This document shows, in pieces, positions 37,005 to 50,730 of a stretch of DNA of 64,000 nucleotides. Positions within the stretch are counted from its first letter, which is position 1. Each line of letters opens with the position of its first letter. Source of the stretch: Mustelus asterias (Eukaryota). The notes under the pieces were generated by a model that ran no database searches, was not told the DNA's origin, and saw nothing but the letters and a program-made list of their open reading frames with translations. The stretch is from the NCBI RefSeq assembly GCF_964213995.1, contig NW_027590156.1:248001-312000 (forward strand), read 5' to 3'. A program made the translations under genes and the position numbers.

Positions 37005-38050
37005 CAGGGTATTAGCAGGGAATAATTTACAGGGAGGGAACTTATAGCCAAACATCACATTGAGATCTAACAGAATCACTCGATTCATCAGGACCTGAAT
37101 ATCATTAACCTTTCAATGTGGAAGGAGAAATGTTTGTTTGTTCTGTCTGTGGGAAAAGATTTCATAGAAACCCTACAGTGCAGAAGGAGGCCATTCGGCC
37201 CATCGACTCTGCACCGACCACAATCCCACCCAGGCCCTACCCCCACATATTTACCCGCTAATCCCTCTAACCTACACATCTCAGGACTCTAAGGAGCAAT
37301 TTTTAACCTGGCCAATCAACCTAACCTGCACATCTTTGGACTGTGGGAGGAAACTGGAGCACCCGGAGGAAACCCACGCAGACACGAGGAGAATGTGCAA
37401 ACTCCACACAGACAGTGACGCAAGCCGGGAATCGAACCCAGGTCCCTGGAGCTGTGAAGCAGCAGTGCTAACCACTGTGCTACCGTGCCGCCCTATTTCA
37501 AATATCAGTGTGACTGGAAAAGCACCGAGACACAGACACACCCGAGTGAGAGTGTTCCAGTGCACTGAGTGTGGAAAGAGCTTTAACCGGTTACACATCC
37601 TGAAAATACATCACAGCATTCACAGCGAGGAGAGACTGTATACGTGTTGTGTGTGTGGATGAAGCTTTGACTGATCATCCAACCTGAAGAGACACAAGGA
37701 CACCAGCACCATGGAGAAAGCATGGACATATGGGGATTGAGGGATGTGATTCATTTACCCGTTTCAACTGGGAAATGATCAACACAGTCACACTGAGGAG
37801 AGAACTTTCACCTTCTCCATTTGTGGAGATGGATTTACTCAGTTATCCAGTCTGTCGGCACACCAGCAAGTTCATTCGGGGAGAGGCTGTTCAGATGCTC
37901 CAGGTGAGGGAAGGAATTTGCTGACTCATCTGAGCTGCTGGCGTATGAGCAAGTTCACACTGAGGAGGGCGCATTCGCCTGCTCTGTGTGTGGGAAAGGG
38001 ACTCGCTGCATCATCCAACCTACTGAGACACCAGTGAGTTCACAAATGAG
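37005..38050 (+). pseudogene. Decayed C2H2 zinc-finger pseudogene interrupted by a V-SINE
   Basis: Shared ZNF 5' segment, VFQCTECGKSFNRLH..., ATGGAGAAAGCATGG, multiple frameshifts and stops. Confidence 0.75.
37165..37493 (-). mobile_element. V-SINE with ATTTCA target-site duplication
   Basis: Full-length copy; ATTTCA at 37159-37164 and 37495-37500. Confidence 0.88.
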
Positions 38051-39084
38051 TGCAGGAGTTGGATTTGGCTAATGCTGCAGTTAGGATTGAACATGTGGGT
38101 TAATCCCGAGGTGTGTAAGAAATGTGTCTCAGTCGCTCTCTTCCATGTTTCAGAGCTCCTAGACATGGAACAAAAGCTCCTTTACAACTGTGTTTAGAGT
38201 CAGGAAGAACAACAGTGATTGCTGGAAACATGCTGTCAAATCAGAGATTGGTGTAAAACTGGGATCTGTTCCTGACTGAGTGAAACGGCAGGTTTAAGTT
38301 TCCAGTCTGAAAAAAGTAGAGATTTAAAATGTTAGTGTGAATTCCTGAATCTACCAATGTAAGGCAATGGAAACATCAAGTTACATTTCTGTCTGGAACC
38401 TTTAACCATCTCTCACCTTCCATTGACTTCAATGTGATGGAAACTCACTGTTGAAATCTCTCAGCATTTGAAACATGTTTACAAATGATTGGAGGGTTTT
38501 TAGTTCAGATCTTTCTTCTGTCCACTTGAGGTATTAAATAACAGACTTTCTCCTGTGAATATCCAGCTGGAGTTTTGGGCCCTGATGTATTTCCTTGTTC
38601 ATCTTGTTGACTCTAAATATTTGAATCTTGTGGTTTCAAACACCAGATAATCAAATTCCCAACAACAGATTGTCTTTTACTGACTTTATTAACTGCGCTG
38701 CAATAATACAGACAGAGTAATTCCTCACATGGTTCCAGTGCTCAACGAAGTACTGAAATGATAAAATTTATATGCATTTCAGAGCCTGTAACATAGGAAT
38801 GGTGTATTGGTCTGTAACTTTAATTCAATGTTCCTTCTTTTAATATCATGTCCACCACTTTCCTGTTACCTGATCAATTTGTTTATTGTTATTACAGGAT
38901 TGTCACATATTTCCACTGTTGTATCTTTAATTTTATGAATCTTTGACGTAAGTTACACAGCAGTTAAGTCTTTGGGCTGTGAATGTGTTTCTTGAATAAA
39001 ATACCATTACATTTTTAAAACAGGAATTCGATCTGGAGAACAGAGATAATACAGTCAATTCAGAACTCCCTTCTCCTCAGCTCT

Positions 39085-39729
39085 GATCTAAAAGGCTACG
39101 ACTCTCATCAACTTTTACAGATGCACCATAGAAAGCATTCTTCCTGGTTATATCACAGCTTGGTATGGCTCCTGCTCTGACCAAGACCACAAGAAACCAC
39201 AAAGAGTTGGGAATGTAGCCCAGTCCATCACGCAAACCAGCCTCCCATCCAGTGACTCTGTCTACACTTCCCATGGCCTCAGAAAAGCAGCCAGCATAAT
39301 CAAGGACCCCACGCACCCTGAACATTCTCTCTTCCACCTTCTTCCATCAGGAAAAAGATACAAAAGTCTGAGGTCACGTACAAAAGTCTGAGATCACGTA
39401 CCAACCGAGTCAAGAACAGCTTTTTCCCTGCTGCCATCAGACTTCTGAATGGTCCTATCACATATTAAGCTGATCTTTCTCCACACCCTAGCTATGACTG
39501 TAATATTATATTGGACATCTTCTTCTTTCCTTCTCCCCTTTGTACTTTGTGAACAGGATGTTTGTCTGTATAGTTCACAAGAAACAATACTTTTCACTGT
39601 ATCCCAATACATGTGACAATAAATCAAATCATTCCTTTCCCCCTATGTACTCTATGTACGGTATGCTTTGTCTGTATAGCGTGCAAGAAACAATACTAAT
39701 ACATGTGACTATAATAAATCAAATCAAAT
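39085..39729 (+). mobile_element. Rex1/Babar-type LINE 3' fragment
   Basis: Reads ...LINFYRCTIESILPGYITAWYGSCSDQDHKKPQRVGNVAQSIT...; tail CATGTGACAATAAATCAAATC, partly duplicated. Confidence 0.78.
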
Positions 39730-39996
39730 TCAGTTTAAACCCGGTTTGCAGACATGACATTCCATTCACATATTGAAGGTGAGTGAGATCCTGTGAGACA
39801 CACACTGAGCCCAGTAGCTGAAAGTGATTCACAAACTGTGTTTTGTGTTCATTGATCCCAGGAATGTTACTGAAATCTTCCCTGGATCTCGAGGCTGGGA
39901 GAGACACTCTGGAAGGTATGGGGAGCTGGGACTTGTCCATGAGAGTAATTGAAGGTATGAGACTGAAATAATCTCGAGTTAGAAAGGAGAAAAGGT

Positions 39997-41337
39997 TCAG
40001 TCCTGGGTGTGATTCTCAGCAGCAACAGCAGAGTCCAGCTTTGTCGGTAAGATGTGAAGTTTCTGGTGTCTCAGCAGGCGGGATGTCCGAGTAAATCTCT
40101 TCTCACACACAGAGCAGGTGAGCAGCTTCTTCCTAGTGTGAACTCGCCGGTGTTTAACCAGGTCGAACGACTGAACAAATCCCTTCCCACACACACAGCA
40201 GGTGAAGGGCTTCTCCCCAGTGTGGATGCGTTCGTGTCTCTGGAGGCTGGAGAACTCAGGGAAACGCTTCCCACACACGGAGCAGATGAAGGCCTTCTCC
40301 CCGGTGTGAACAAGCTGGTGTTTCTGCACGTGGTGTAAACAAGTAAAGGCCCTCCCGCACACATGACAAATGTACGGCCTCTCCCCGGTGTGAACCCGCT
40401 CGTGTATCACAACATGGGACAAACGAGGGAAACTCTTCCCACACACGAAGCAGGTGAACGGCCTCTCCCCGGTGTGAACTCGCTTGTGTGTGCGCAGGGC
40501 GGATGACTGAGTGAATCTCTTCCCACACACAGAGCAAGAGAATGGCCTCTCCCCAATGTGAATCCGCTTGTGCATCACAAGGTGCGTTGAACGAGTGAAT
40601 CCCCTCCCACACTTGGAGCAGGTGAACGGCCTTTCTCCGGTGTGAATTCGTTGGTGAATCACAAGATGAGATGAGCGAGTGTATCCATTCCCACACTCGG
40701 AGCAGGTGAATGGTTTCTCCCCCGTGTGAACAAGTTTGTGCCTCAGAAGGTGGAATGAATAATTGAATCTCTTCCCACACACAGAGCACGGGAACGGCCT
40801 CTCCCCACTGTGAGTGCACTGGTGTCTCAGGAGACTATTGTTCGTTTTAAAGGTCTTCTCACACTCTGAGCATTTAAAACTTCTCTCATCAGAATGAATG
40901 AGCTGGTGCTCAGTGTAGTGGGAGGACTGAGAGAATCTCTTCCCACACTGGGAGCAGCTGAATGGCCTGTCCTTGGTGTGAACTTGCTGGTGCTCAGTGA
41001 GATGCACTGAGTTGCTGAACGACTCCCCACAGTGAGAGCAGCTGAACGGTCTCTCGTGTGTGTGAAGGAGCTGGTGCTCTGCAAGGCGGGAGGACTGGCT
41101 GAACCTCTTCCCGCAGTGGGAGCAGCTGAACGGTCTCTCGTCAGTGTGAAGGAGCTGGTGTTGGATCTGTTCCTCAGGCGTTTCAACGCTGTCCCCAGAG
41201 TCAGAGCTTTGAAGAGGCTTCTGAATAATGTGATCGAGTTGGTGAGCCAGCAGGTTGGACGAACACATGAATTTCTTCCCACACACGGAGCAGGTGAACG
41301 GACTCTCACTATTGCGAGTTCGCTGTCGTGTCAGCAT
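39997..41337 (-). CDS. C2H2 poly-zinc-finger protein, ~14 fingers plus one degenerate, no effector domain
   Basis: Open frame 39997-41355 (first ATG 41337); acceptor at ~41527. Confidence 0.87.
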   Translation of the reverse strand: MLTRQRTRNSESPFTCSVCGKKFMCSSNLLAHQLDHIIQKPLQSSDSGDSVETPEEQIQHQLLHTDERPFSCSHCGKRFSQSSRLAEHQLLHTHERPFSCSHCGESFSNSVHLTEHQQVHTKDRPFSCSQCGKRFSQSSHYTEHQLIHSDERSFKCSECEKTFKTNNSLLRHQCTHSGERPFPCSVCGKRFNYSFHLLRHKLVHTGEKPFTCSECGNGYTRSSHLVIHQRIHTGERPFTCSKCGRGFTRSTHLVMHKRIHIGERPFSCSVCGKRFTQSSALRTHKRVHTGERPFTCFVCGKSFPRLSHVVIHERVHTGERPYICHVCGRAFTCLHHVQKHQLVHTGEKAFICSVCGKRFPEFSSLQRHERIHTGEKPFTCCVCGKGFVQSFDLVKHRRVHTRKKLLTCSVCEKRFTRTSRLLRHQKLHILPTKLDSAVAAENHTQD

Positions 41338-41936
41338 GTTTTCCAGCTGTATCAATCCCTCCCCACAGGAAGAGCAGGTTTACAGACTCTCACCAGCTTC
41401 CTGCTGAGACAGTCAATTAAATCCCTTCAGGTGTACAAATCTTCACATCCTGACGAATTGACTTTCCAATTGTGACACAAAGTTTGGTTTGTTTTTCCTG
41501 ACTGCAAATCCTCCTCTTCCATTACCCTGCAAAATAATTTCACGAAGAATTACATAGACTATATAATACACAAACAGGCCATTCGGGCAATCTAGTCTGT
41601 ACGGAGTTTCTACTCCACACGAGTCTCCTCCCATTCTGCTAACCTCGTCTCAGCCTTTCAGCTTTACTTTTCTCTCATTCTCATCTCGTTTCCTTTTGAA
41701 AAAATCTAAGTTATCTGTCTCAACTACTTCCAGTCAGTTCCACATTTTAACAACTGTTTGTGAAAAGAAATGTCTCCTGTTTTCCTGTTGGATTTATTAG
41801 TCTGGATTGTGCACTGTGAAGATGTGGTGCAGTGGGGAGTGACCCTTCTTCTGAGTCAGAAGCTCTGGTTTCCAGTCCCACTCAGAGTACATGGCCGAGG
41901 AAGGTGTGTTCATAATGTGGCCAAACTGTAAATCAT

Positions 41937-42250
41937 TCATAGAATCACTAGTGCGGAAAGAGGCCATTCGGCCCATCGTGTCTGCACCAACCACAATCCC
42001 ACCCTTGCCCTATCCCCAGGCATTGACCCAGGCTAGTCCCCCTGATACTAAAGGGCAATTTAGCATGGCCAATGCACCTAACTTTCACATCTTTGGACTG
42101 TGGGAGGAAACCAGAGCACCCGGAGGAAACCCACGCAGACACAGGGAGAATGTGCAAACGCCACACAGACAGTGACCCGGGCCGGGAATCGAACCTGGAT
42201 CCCTGGCGCTGTGAGGCAGCAGTGCTAACCACTGTGCCACCATGCTGCCC
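41937..42250 (-). mobile_element. V-SINE (CR1-type tail), intronic
   Basis: Reverse complement of the head/V domain/tail. Confidence 0.85.
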
Positions 42251-42729
42251 TTTGAACATACACCAATGATAGACAATAAGAGCGGGAGAGATTCCTGGTC
42301 AGTCATATGATGGAAATAATTTGGAGCCTCTCCCATCACTATCCATGGCTCCACGGGTAGCGGATATAAAAGTTTCTGTTGCCACTGCAGCCTGGTTCCT
42401 TGTGGGGTCTAGCTGGCCGGTGTGGATCAGATTGGTGCCGACAGCACGGGGTTCAATCCCCATTCTGGCTGGGGTGAATTTGGGTTCTGCCTCTTTGCCC
42501 GACCCATGGCGGAGATCCTGACACTTTGGTCAGACCAGCCTTCAGGTAGAGAACACAACAATAAGAAGTTTGTGTGTTCATGGTTCCCAGTATTAGATAG
42601 ATCAACAAACATTCTGACTGCTAATTCCATTCAGAAGAGACAAATAATTCTCTTGATTTGAGTTTGCTGTGTGTAAACCATCCCCTTGTAAAAGAGTTTC
42701 CAAAATCCATCACTCAGTCCGCCTGCTGA

Positions 42730-43330
42730 AGGGAGCACTGCGCACGCGCGCTGGTGCACTGCTACTGATAAAGATGGCGCTACGCATGCGCTTTTCTACA
42801 CATTGCCTCCTACAAAGATGGCGGTCGGTATCCGGGTCTTCCAACCGTGGAACCGGCTGCTTCTCATTCCGGGATTGCGGCCTCTATCGAGGATTATCTG
42901 AAACATCGGCACACACCCACCGGCTCCAGCTCCCTTCCGCTCTCAGACGTTACTCACCCGCTTGATATTTAACACGACCGCCTCTGTTCTGGTTTTTGTG
43001 GCCGACACCACTGATTTCTAAACCTTTCCCTCCGACGCCATCCTTCCCGCTCACCCGGCACTTACTCACTGGCTGCATACACACACTGCGCATGCTCCAC
43101 ATCACAATGCCCGGGGGCTGATTGACGGCAGCTCCGGGCCAATAGGAAGAGGGGGCGTGGCTGGAGGACCGAGCGGGAGCGGCTGGTCCTCCAACCAATC
43201 GGAGTGAATAAAGGGCGGGACATGAAGCATGCGCAGTGCCGGTAATGGCGACGGAGAGGCGGACGGTTTTAATTTGGAAGCGAGATCAATACGAGGTAGA
43301 GGGCGGCGCGCGGGGAATGATAAATGTGGC
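42730..43330. promoter_or_regulatory. CpG-island bidirectional promoter (ZNF pair 2)
   Basis: Inverted NRF1 sites ACTGCGCATGCT (~43085) / AGCATGCGCAGT (~43226) bracketing three CCAAT boxes and GC boxes; YY1 AAGATGGCG twice (~42771, ~42814); donors on both strands (~42952 minus, ~43296 plus). Confidence 0.8.
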
Positions 43331-43924
43331 GGGTGGGTGGAGAGGCTTTGTAAACATGTTGTTCAAACCCAAACCCCGGAAATGTAGTGGGGGCTGAACA
43401 CAATGGGTTCAGTTTTCCCAGTATTTTTTGAAAGAAATTTCTGTTTTTTAGTACTGGATATCAGACAAGTCAGGATATGAGTTGGAGGGGAACTTGGAGT
43501 TGATGATGCTCACATTTACCTGCTATCTTGGTCCTTCGAGGTGGTGGAAGTTGAGGGTTTGGGAGATTCTATCAATGTTCTCATTGAGTTGTAGATGTAT
43601 AAAATCCCTCTCCTTCATTCCCGATCTCTCCTATTTCTCTCTGTCTTTTCCCATAGTGCCCAGACTGGATGGCAGGTTCCCTTCCCTGAAGGACATTAGG
43701 AAATCAATTGGGTGTTTTGACAATCCAGCAGTTTTCATGGTCACTTTTTCCTAGTGCTGTCCCCACAAATTACCAGGTTCATTCAGCTCAATTTCACAAC
43801 CTGCCTTTGTGTTTTTGTGGGTTCTCTCTCACTCCCTTTTTCTGTTTTAATTCAATTTCACAGGGTATTAGAAGAGGAGGATTTGCAGTTTGGAAACTGA
43901 AACCAAGCCTGGTATCAGCACCTT

Positions 43925-45271
43925 ATGGAGTCGGCCAATTTATTGTACCCTGAATATCATTGCATTTTGAACATGGAAGAAAATAGCACTATTCACAGTG
44001 GAGAGAAACTGTACACATGTTCTGTGTGTGGACAAGACTTCAGCCAATCATCTGACCTTTCGGAACATAATTGCAGTCACAACAGAGAGAAACTGTGGAA
44101 ATGTGGGGACTGTGAGAAGGGATTCAAATCCCCATCCTTGCTGGAAATTCATCAACGTAGTCACACAGGGGAGAGGCCATTCACCTGCTCCCACTGTGGG
44201 AAAGGATTCACTCAGTCATCCAGTTTACATATACACCAGAGGACTCACACTGAGGAGAGGCCATTCACCTGCTCTCTGTGTGGGAAGGCATTCAATCGGT
44301 CATTCAGCCTAGCATTGCACAAGCGAACTCACACGGGGGAGAAACCATTCACCTGCTCTGTGTGTGGGAAGGGATTCAATCAATCATCAAACCTAGCAAA
44401 ACACCAGCGAATTCACAGTGAGGACAGACCATTCACTTGCGCTGTGTGTGGGAAGGGCTTCAAAGCATCATCCATGCTAACAAAACACCAGCACGTTCAC
44501 AATGGGGAGAGGCCATTCAGCTGTTCTCAATGTGGGAAGAGATTCGCGCTCTCAGCCAACCTGCTGACACACCAGCGAATTCACACTGGGGAGAGGCCGT
44601 TCATCTGCTCCCAGTGTGGGAAGGGATTCACTCAGTCATCCAGCTTACACATACACCAGAGGACCCACACTGGGGAGAGACCATTCAGCTGTTCTGTTTG
44701 TGGGAAGGCATTCAGTCAGTCATCTAACCTATCATTACACCAGCGAGTTCACACTGGGGAAAAGCCATTCACTTGCTCCCAGTGTGGGAAGGGATTTGCT
44801 CGCTCATCCAACCTCCTGATACACCTGCGAGTTCACACTGGGGAGAGGCCGTTAACTTGCTCCCAGTGTGGGAAGCGATTCACTGACTCATCTCACCTGC
44901 TGGCACACCAGCGAACTCACACTGGGGAGAAGCCTTTCAGCTGCTCCCAGTGTGGGAAGGGATTTGCACACTCAGGCAATCTGTGGACACATCAGCGAGT
45001 TCACACTGGGGAGAGACCATTCATCTGTTCCCAGTGTGGGAAGGGATTCAGTCAATCATCCAACCTAGCAATACACCAACGGATTCACACTGGGGAGAGG
45101 ATGTTCACTTGTTCCCAATGTGGGAAGGACTTTGCTCACTCACACACGTTGCAGGGTCACCAACGAGTTCACACTGGGGAGAAGCCGTTCACTTGCTCTG
45201 TGTGTGGGAAGGGATTCAGTCAGTCATCAAATCTGCTGAAACACCAGCGAATTCACAAGGAACTATTGTGA
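43925..45271 (+). CDS. C2H2 poly-zinc-finger protein, 448 aa, 15 fingers, no effector domain
   Basis: Open ORF; acceptor at 43863. Confidence 0.9.
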   Translation: MESANLLYPEYHCILNMEENSTIHSGEKLYTCSVCGQDFSQSSDLSEHNCSHNREKLWKCGDCEKGFKSPSLLEIHQRSHTGERPFTCSHCGKGFTQSSSLHIHQRTHTEERPFTCSLCGKAFNRSFSLALHKRTHTGEKPFTCSVCGKGFNQSSNLAKHQRIHSEDRPFTCAVCGKGFKASSMLTKHQHVHNGERPFSCSQCGKRFALSANLLTHQRIHTGERPFICSQCGKGFTQSSSLHIHQRTHTGERPFSCSVCGKAFSQSSNLSLHQRVHTGEKPFTCSQCGKGFARSSNLLIHLRVHTGERPLTCSQCGKRFTDSSHLLAHQRTHTGEKPFSCSQCGKGFAHSGNLWTHQRVHTGERPFICSQCGKGFSQSSNLAIHQRIHTGERMFTCSQCGKDFAHSHTLQGHQRVHTGEKPFTCSVCGKGFSQSSNLLKHQRIHKELL

Positions 45272-45384
45272 TTGAATTTTGCTGTGAATCATATTCAGAC
45301 TGAACCATGTTCATTTGGGTCTGTTTCTGCTGAATTGAAAAGTGACTCCAGCCCTGCTGTAGGTGTTAATATTGTTGGTCTGAG

Positions 45385-45800
45385 AATGAAGGATTTGGGG
45401 TCAGGAAACTCACACAAAACATCAGATCAGGATTGGATGGAGCCACACAATTTATCGTAACATGAAAAGCAGAGATTTTTGAACCTGGAAGGAAACAGCA
45501 CCGTTTACAACCACAGTCACATTAGCGAGAGACCATGGAAATGTGAGACTGTGAGGAGAGACTCAGTTACCCGTCAGAGCTGGAAACTCAGTGGCGCACT
45601 CACACTGGGGGAAGGCCATTCACCCACTCTGAGTGTGGGAAGGGATTCACTCAGTCTTCTGAGCTGATCACATTGGGGAGAAACCATTTAACTGCCCTGA
45701 GTTTTGGAAGAGATTCACTCGGTCATCCACACTGCTGAGTCACCAGCGAGTTTACAACTAACCACAGTGATTGGACTTTCCTGTTAATCACATCGAGGAC
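45385..45800 (+). pseudogene. Decayed zinc-finger gene fragment in tandem behind 43925-45271
   Basis: ERPWKCE.., CACACTGGGG linkers with frameshifts; ZNF-type 3' end. Confidence 0.65.
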
Positions 45801-45859
45801 CGAACTATGTTCAATGTAAGTGAACTGGCAAATGAGGTTAAGGAACAGGTCAATAGAGG

Positions 45860-48745
45860 TGCAGTGGCAGATTTGAAAGGGTTATTTCAGAAAACCCAGA
45901 ACAGATACATTCCAGTGAAGAAGAAAAATTCCAAGGGGAGGATCCACCATCCGTGGTTCACTAAAAAAGTTAAAGATAGTATAAAACTTAAAGAAAAAAG
46001 TAAACAATTGCACAAAGATGGGTGGCAGGTCAGAAAACTAGACAGAATATAAACAGCAAAGAATGATAAAAAGATTAAATAAGGAGAAGAATTGGAGTAC
46101 GAGAGAAAGGCAGCTAGAAATATAAAGATGGATAGTAAATTAGAAATCTTTGTATCCTCATTGGCTACCGGGGAGGTCCCAGAGGATTGGAGAAAAGCCA
46201 ATGTTGTTCCTTTGTTTAAGAAGGGTAGCAAGAATAATCCGGGTAATTACAGGCCGGTGAGCCTTACATCAGTGATAGGGAAATTATTGGAGAGGATTCT
46301 TCGAGACAGGATTTATTCCCACTTGGAAATAAGTGGACGTATTAGTGAGAGGCAACATGGTTTTGTGAAGGGGAGGTCATGTCTCACGAACTTGATCGAG
46401 TATTTCGGGGAAGTGACGAAGATGATTGATGAGGGTAGGGCAGTGGATGTTGTCTACATGGACTTCAGTCAGGCCTTTGACAAGGTCCCTCATGGCAGAC
46501 TGGTGCAGAAGGTGAAGTCGCATGGGATCAGAGGTGAGCTGGCAAGGTGGGTACAAAACTGGCGTGGTCAAAGAAGACAGAGGGTAGCAGTGGAAGGGTG
46601 CATTTCTGAATGGAGGGCTGTGACAAGTGGCGTTCCTCAGGGATCAGTGCTGGGACCTTTGCTGTTTCTAATATATGTAAATGATTTGGAGGAAAATGTA
46701 ACTGGATTGATTGGTAAGTTTGCGAACGACACAAAGGTTGGTGGATTTGCGGATAGCAATGAGGACCATCAGAGGATACAGCAGGATATAGATCAGTTGG
46801 AGACTTGGGTGGAGAAATGGCAGATGGAGTTTAATCCAGACAAATGTGAGGTAATGCATTTTGGAAGGTCTAATATACATAGGAAATATACAGTAAATGG
46901 CAGAACCTTTAAGAGTATTGATAGGCAAAGGGATCTGGGTGTACAGGTACACAGGTCACTGAAAGTGGCAATGCAGGTGGAGAAGGTAGTCAAGAAGGCA
47001 TACAGCATGTTTACCTTCATCGGCCGGGGTATTGAGTTTAAAAATTGGCAAATTATGTTGCAGCTTTATAGAACCTTAGTTAGGCTGCACTTGGAATATA
47101 GTGTTCAATTCTGTTCGCCACACTACCAGAAGGATATGGAGGCTTTGGAGAGGGTACAGAAAAGATTTACCAGGATGTTGCCTGGTATGGAGGGCATTAT
47201 CTATGAGGAAAGGTTGGAGAACCTTGGTTTGTTCTCACTGGAGCGACGGAGGTTGAGGGGCGACCTGATAGAAGTCTACAAGATTATGAGGGTCATGGAC
47301 AGAGTGGATAGTCAGAAGCTTTTTCCCGGGTGGAAGAGTCAATGACCAGGGGGCACAGGTTTAAGCTGCGAGGGGCAAGGTTTAAAGGAGATGTACGAGG
47401 CAGATTTTTTACGCAGAGAGTAGTGGGTGCCTGGAACTCGTTGCCGGGGGAGGGAGTGGAAGCGGATACGATAGTGACTTTTAAGGGGCATCTTGAGTTT
47501 TACATGAATCGGATGGAAATAGAGGGATATGGTCCCTGGAAGTGTAGGGGTTTTAGTTCAGTGAGGCAGCATGGTCGGTGCAGGGCCATGGAGGGCAGAA
47601 GGGCTTGTTCCTGTGCTGTAATTCTCTTTGTTCTGTAAACATTTCTCTGGATATTTGAATAAAAAAAGAGTTATCCAAGTGAATGTTGGTCCAAGAGAAA
47701 GTGATTCCGGGGAATTAATAATGGAAAGTGAGGAGGTGACAGATGAATTCAACAGGTACTTTGTATCAGTCTTCACTATAGTTTAGTACTCTACCCGATA
47801 GTATCGAGGATAGAAGTAATATCTTATCGGGGTGTGGAAGGGAGAGAGGAACTCAGGAAAACTGCTGTCACTTATGAAGTGGTACTGAGCAAATAGTTGG
47901 AGCTGTGGGCTGACAAATCCCGGACCCTGATGGACTTCATTCTCGGCTCTGAAAAGAAGCAGCTCGTGAGATAAAAGCAAAGTATTGCAGATACTGAAAA
48001 TCTGAAATAAAAACTGAAAATGTTCGAAAGAGTCATCAGGTTTGGCAGCACCTGTGGAGGGAGAAAGAGCTGACGTTTGAGGCCATTTGGCTGTTCTTTA
48101 GCTGAAGAGGGGTAGAAACGACTGGGGTGAGATAGTTGATGCATTGTTTTAATTTTCCAAAATTCTCTGGTTTTGGTGGAAGTTCCATTCGATTAGAAAG
48201 TTGCAAATGTAACTCCTTTATTCAAAGAAGGAGAGAGACAAAAAGCAGGAAACTACAGGACAGTTAACTTAACATGCCGTAGGAAAAATGTTAGAAGCTA
48301 TTACTAAATATGTTACAGCATGGCAGTGAGAAAAATCCAGGCTATGAAGGAGAGTCAACATTGTTTTGAGAAAGGGAAATCATATTCAACCTATTTTTTC
48401 AGTTCTTTGAAGGAGTCACATGTGCTGTGGATAAAGGGGAACCAAAGGTGCAGAAAGGTGAATGTACTGAGATTTCCAGAATGCATTTATAAGCTATCAC
48501 ATCAAAGGTTATTGTGGAAAATGAAAGTTCCTAGTGGGGCGGGGGGAATGATAACATATTGGCACGGAAAGAAGATTGGCTCATTAACAGGAAACAGGAT
48601 TGGCATAAATGGGTCTTTTTCTAGTTGGCTGGATGTGATGAGCGGTGTGCCACAGGGATCAATGCTGGGACCTCAACCTTTTTACCATTTATATCAATGA
48701 CTCAGATGAAGGAATTGAAGGTATGGTTGCTAAATTTGCCTGTTC
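45860..48745 (+). mobile_element. Nested CR1 LINEs: younger copy (46140-47636) inside an older copy
   Basis: ORF 46092-47345 with RT motifs; the older element resumes after the tail; GTAAA on both junctions. Confidence 0.85.
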
Positions 48746-48957
48746 AGGTACACTGAATTTGGGAGAATTTAGCGTGGGCAATGCACCGAACCAGCACATC
48801 TTTTGGAATGTGGGAGGAAACCAGAGCACCCGGAGGAAACCTACGCAGACACGGGGAGAACGTGCTGACTCCACAAGACAGTGACCCAAGCCGGGAATCG
48901 CACCCAGTCCCTGATGCTGTGAGGCAGCAGTGCGAGCCACAGTGCCACCATGCCACC
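48745..48957 (-). mobile_element. V-SINE (type B, truncated)
   Basis: Head and V domain with AAATTCTCCC motif. Confidence 0.75.
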
Positions 48958-49299
48958 CAGTTGGACTGAACAATGTTCATTCTGAGAGTCAGGTTTTGTT
49001 TCTGACAGTAATAACCATCCGAACTCAACTGGATAAATATGAAATTAATCAACTTTTTTTCAAAATTATTCTTCTGGATTTTTTCTTTTGGAGAGCTATT
49101 ACACTATTTCTGCTGTGAAATGAGAACTATTGTCATTCTCCATCCATTTCAGGAAGCCTCATCCAGGATTTTAGCTATTGTGTCTGCATCATTTTTACAA
49201 ACAGGAAAGGTTTCAATCCACCAGGTAAACATAGCTGTAATTAGCAGGATCTACCAGTCTCCTCCTCTTAGTGTGGAGAGTGGGCCGGTATAATCAAGC

Positions 49300-50520
49300 T
49301 GCAGTGTTTCCCAGGGAACATCAATAATGTGGAACATGTTAATTGGGACAATGCATTTTGCAGAATCTGATTAGTTTGAACACATGAGGCACAGCTTCAG
49401 GTGCTGATGGACATTCTGATACATCCTCAGCCACTGATAGTATGATCATGTTGTATAATATTGAGGAGTCAAAAAACAAGAAATACGCCTTGCTTTGATC
49501 CATCAAATATACTAATTCCTTTCTAAGCCATCGAGTTGTGACTGAAGTCAAAGTTAAACCATATTTGTGAAAGAAAACTTCATTGTGTCAGATGAGTGAG
49601 TCCTTACTTGCTGTGAATGATGAGGGAAAGTTTTCTCTATGGTGCCAACCCTTTTTACCCACAGTCATCTTAGGTCAGTGTCCTGACAAGTTTTTAAATG
49701 ACATTTAACTGGAGTCTGTCGTACCGGTCCCAATGATTGTGTTTTGGGTGGATCCCATGGAATCTCCTCGAGAGCAGCTTTCCTGGTGAGTCAGTCTGCT
49801 TGGTTATTACCATCACTCCCTTCACTAACTCCTGCTGCTGATCTACCTTCACCTGGCAAATAGCAATTTATCCTGGACATCCAGTAACATTCCCAATCAT
49901 TCAGAGTTTGGAGTGGTGAGCAGTGGTTTCCTTTCTGCTGTGGAGAAGCTGTGTTTCCTCCCCCAGAGGGGTAGGTTTTCTGAGGGAATTACAACCAACG
50001 TAGCTTTCAGAATATTTGGTGATTATATCGGTAACAGTTTGAAGGGCTGTGACCGCAATAACCTCAGAGTTCTGGGCTAACTGTTGCGATTGTGGTGGAT
50101 ATTTAGTAAGGATACTACAATTGTTGTGGAGAATCAAACACACAGCTCCACTCTGATACAAACCTTGTTCATAAAACCAACACCTGATCGCATAAACCCC
50201 AGTGCAATGTAATAGTTATTTGTCTTTAACAGGTCCATTGGACATGACCCCTTTTGCCTGACTGAGACGTAGGATTCTTTCATACTGAAACATCCCAGCC
50301 AAGTAATAATTATGAAGATTCAGGACGTGAATGCTTTTTCTTTGTAATTCCATAATTCAACCATTGGCCCTTCAGGATAATGTCACTGCAGTATTTGGGG
50401 TCTGCAGAAATATACAATTAAACTCTGCCAGGCACTTTATCTGCTTAATGGGCACTTTATATCTTCTCAATGAATTAGGCAATCAATCTTTCCACAGGGC
50501 TGATTGTGTCTGAGAACTAT
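49300..50520 (-). mobile_element. Decayed LTR-retroelement/ERV pol (RNase H region)
   Basis: Degenerate translation ...SQQLAQNSEVIAV..KYSESYV.../LPLW..FSTAERKPL.../GNNQAD*LTRKAA matches RNase H motifs (SAQxAE, YSDS, GNxxAD). Confidence 0.5.
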
Positions 50521-50730
50521 CCGACTGGAAAACTTTTTCCATTCAGGCCTCAGAATACTACAGCAGATATACATTGTTCTGGCTGTGGAATTAATTGGAT
50601 AGATCTTCCAGAGAGCCAGTACAGACATAATGAGCCAAATGGTTTCTATTTGTGCTGTATCATTCTGTAAAAGAGTGAATAATCAGCATCAGGGACAGAG
50701 AGAGGAACCAGTGACTGTGCGATTGAACCC

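Noticed and set aside
42991-43015. GGTTTTTGT nonamer as a J-segment RSS
   Set aside because: No heptamer at 12/23 spacing and no FGxG motif downstream.
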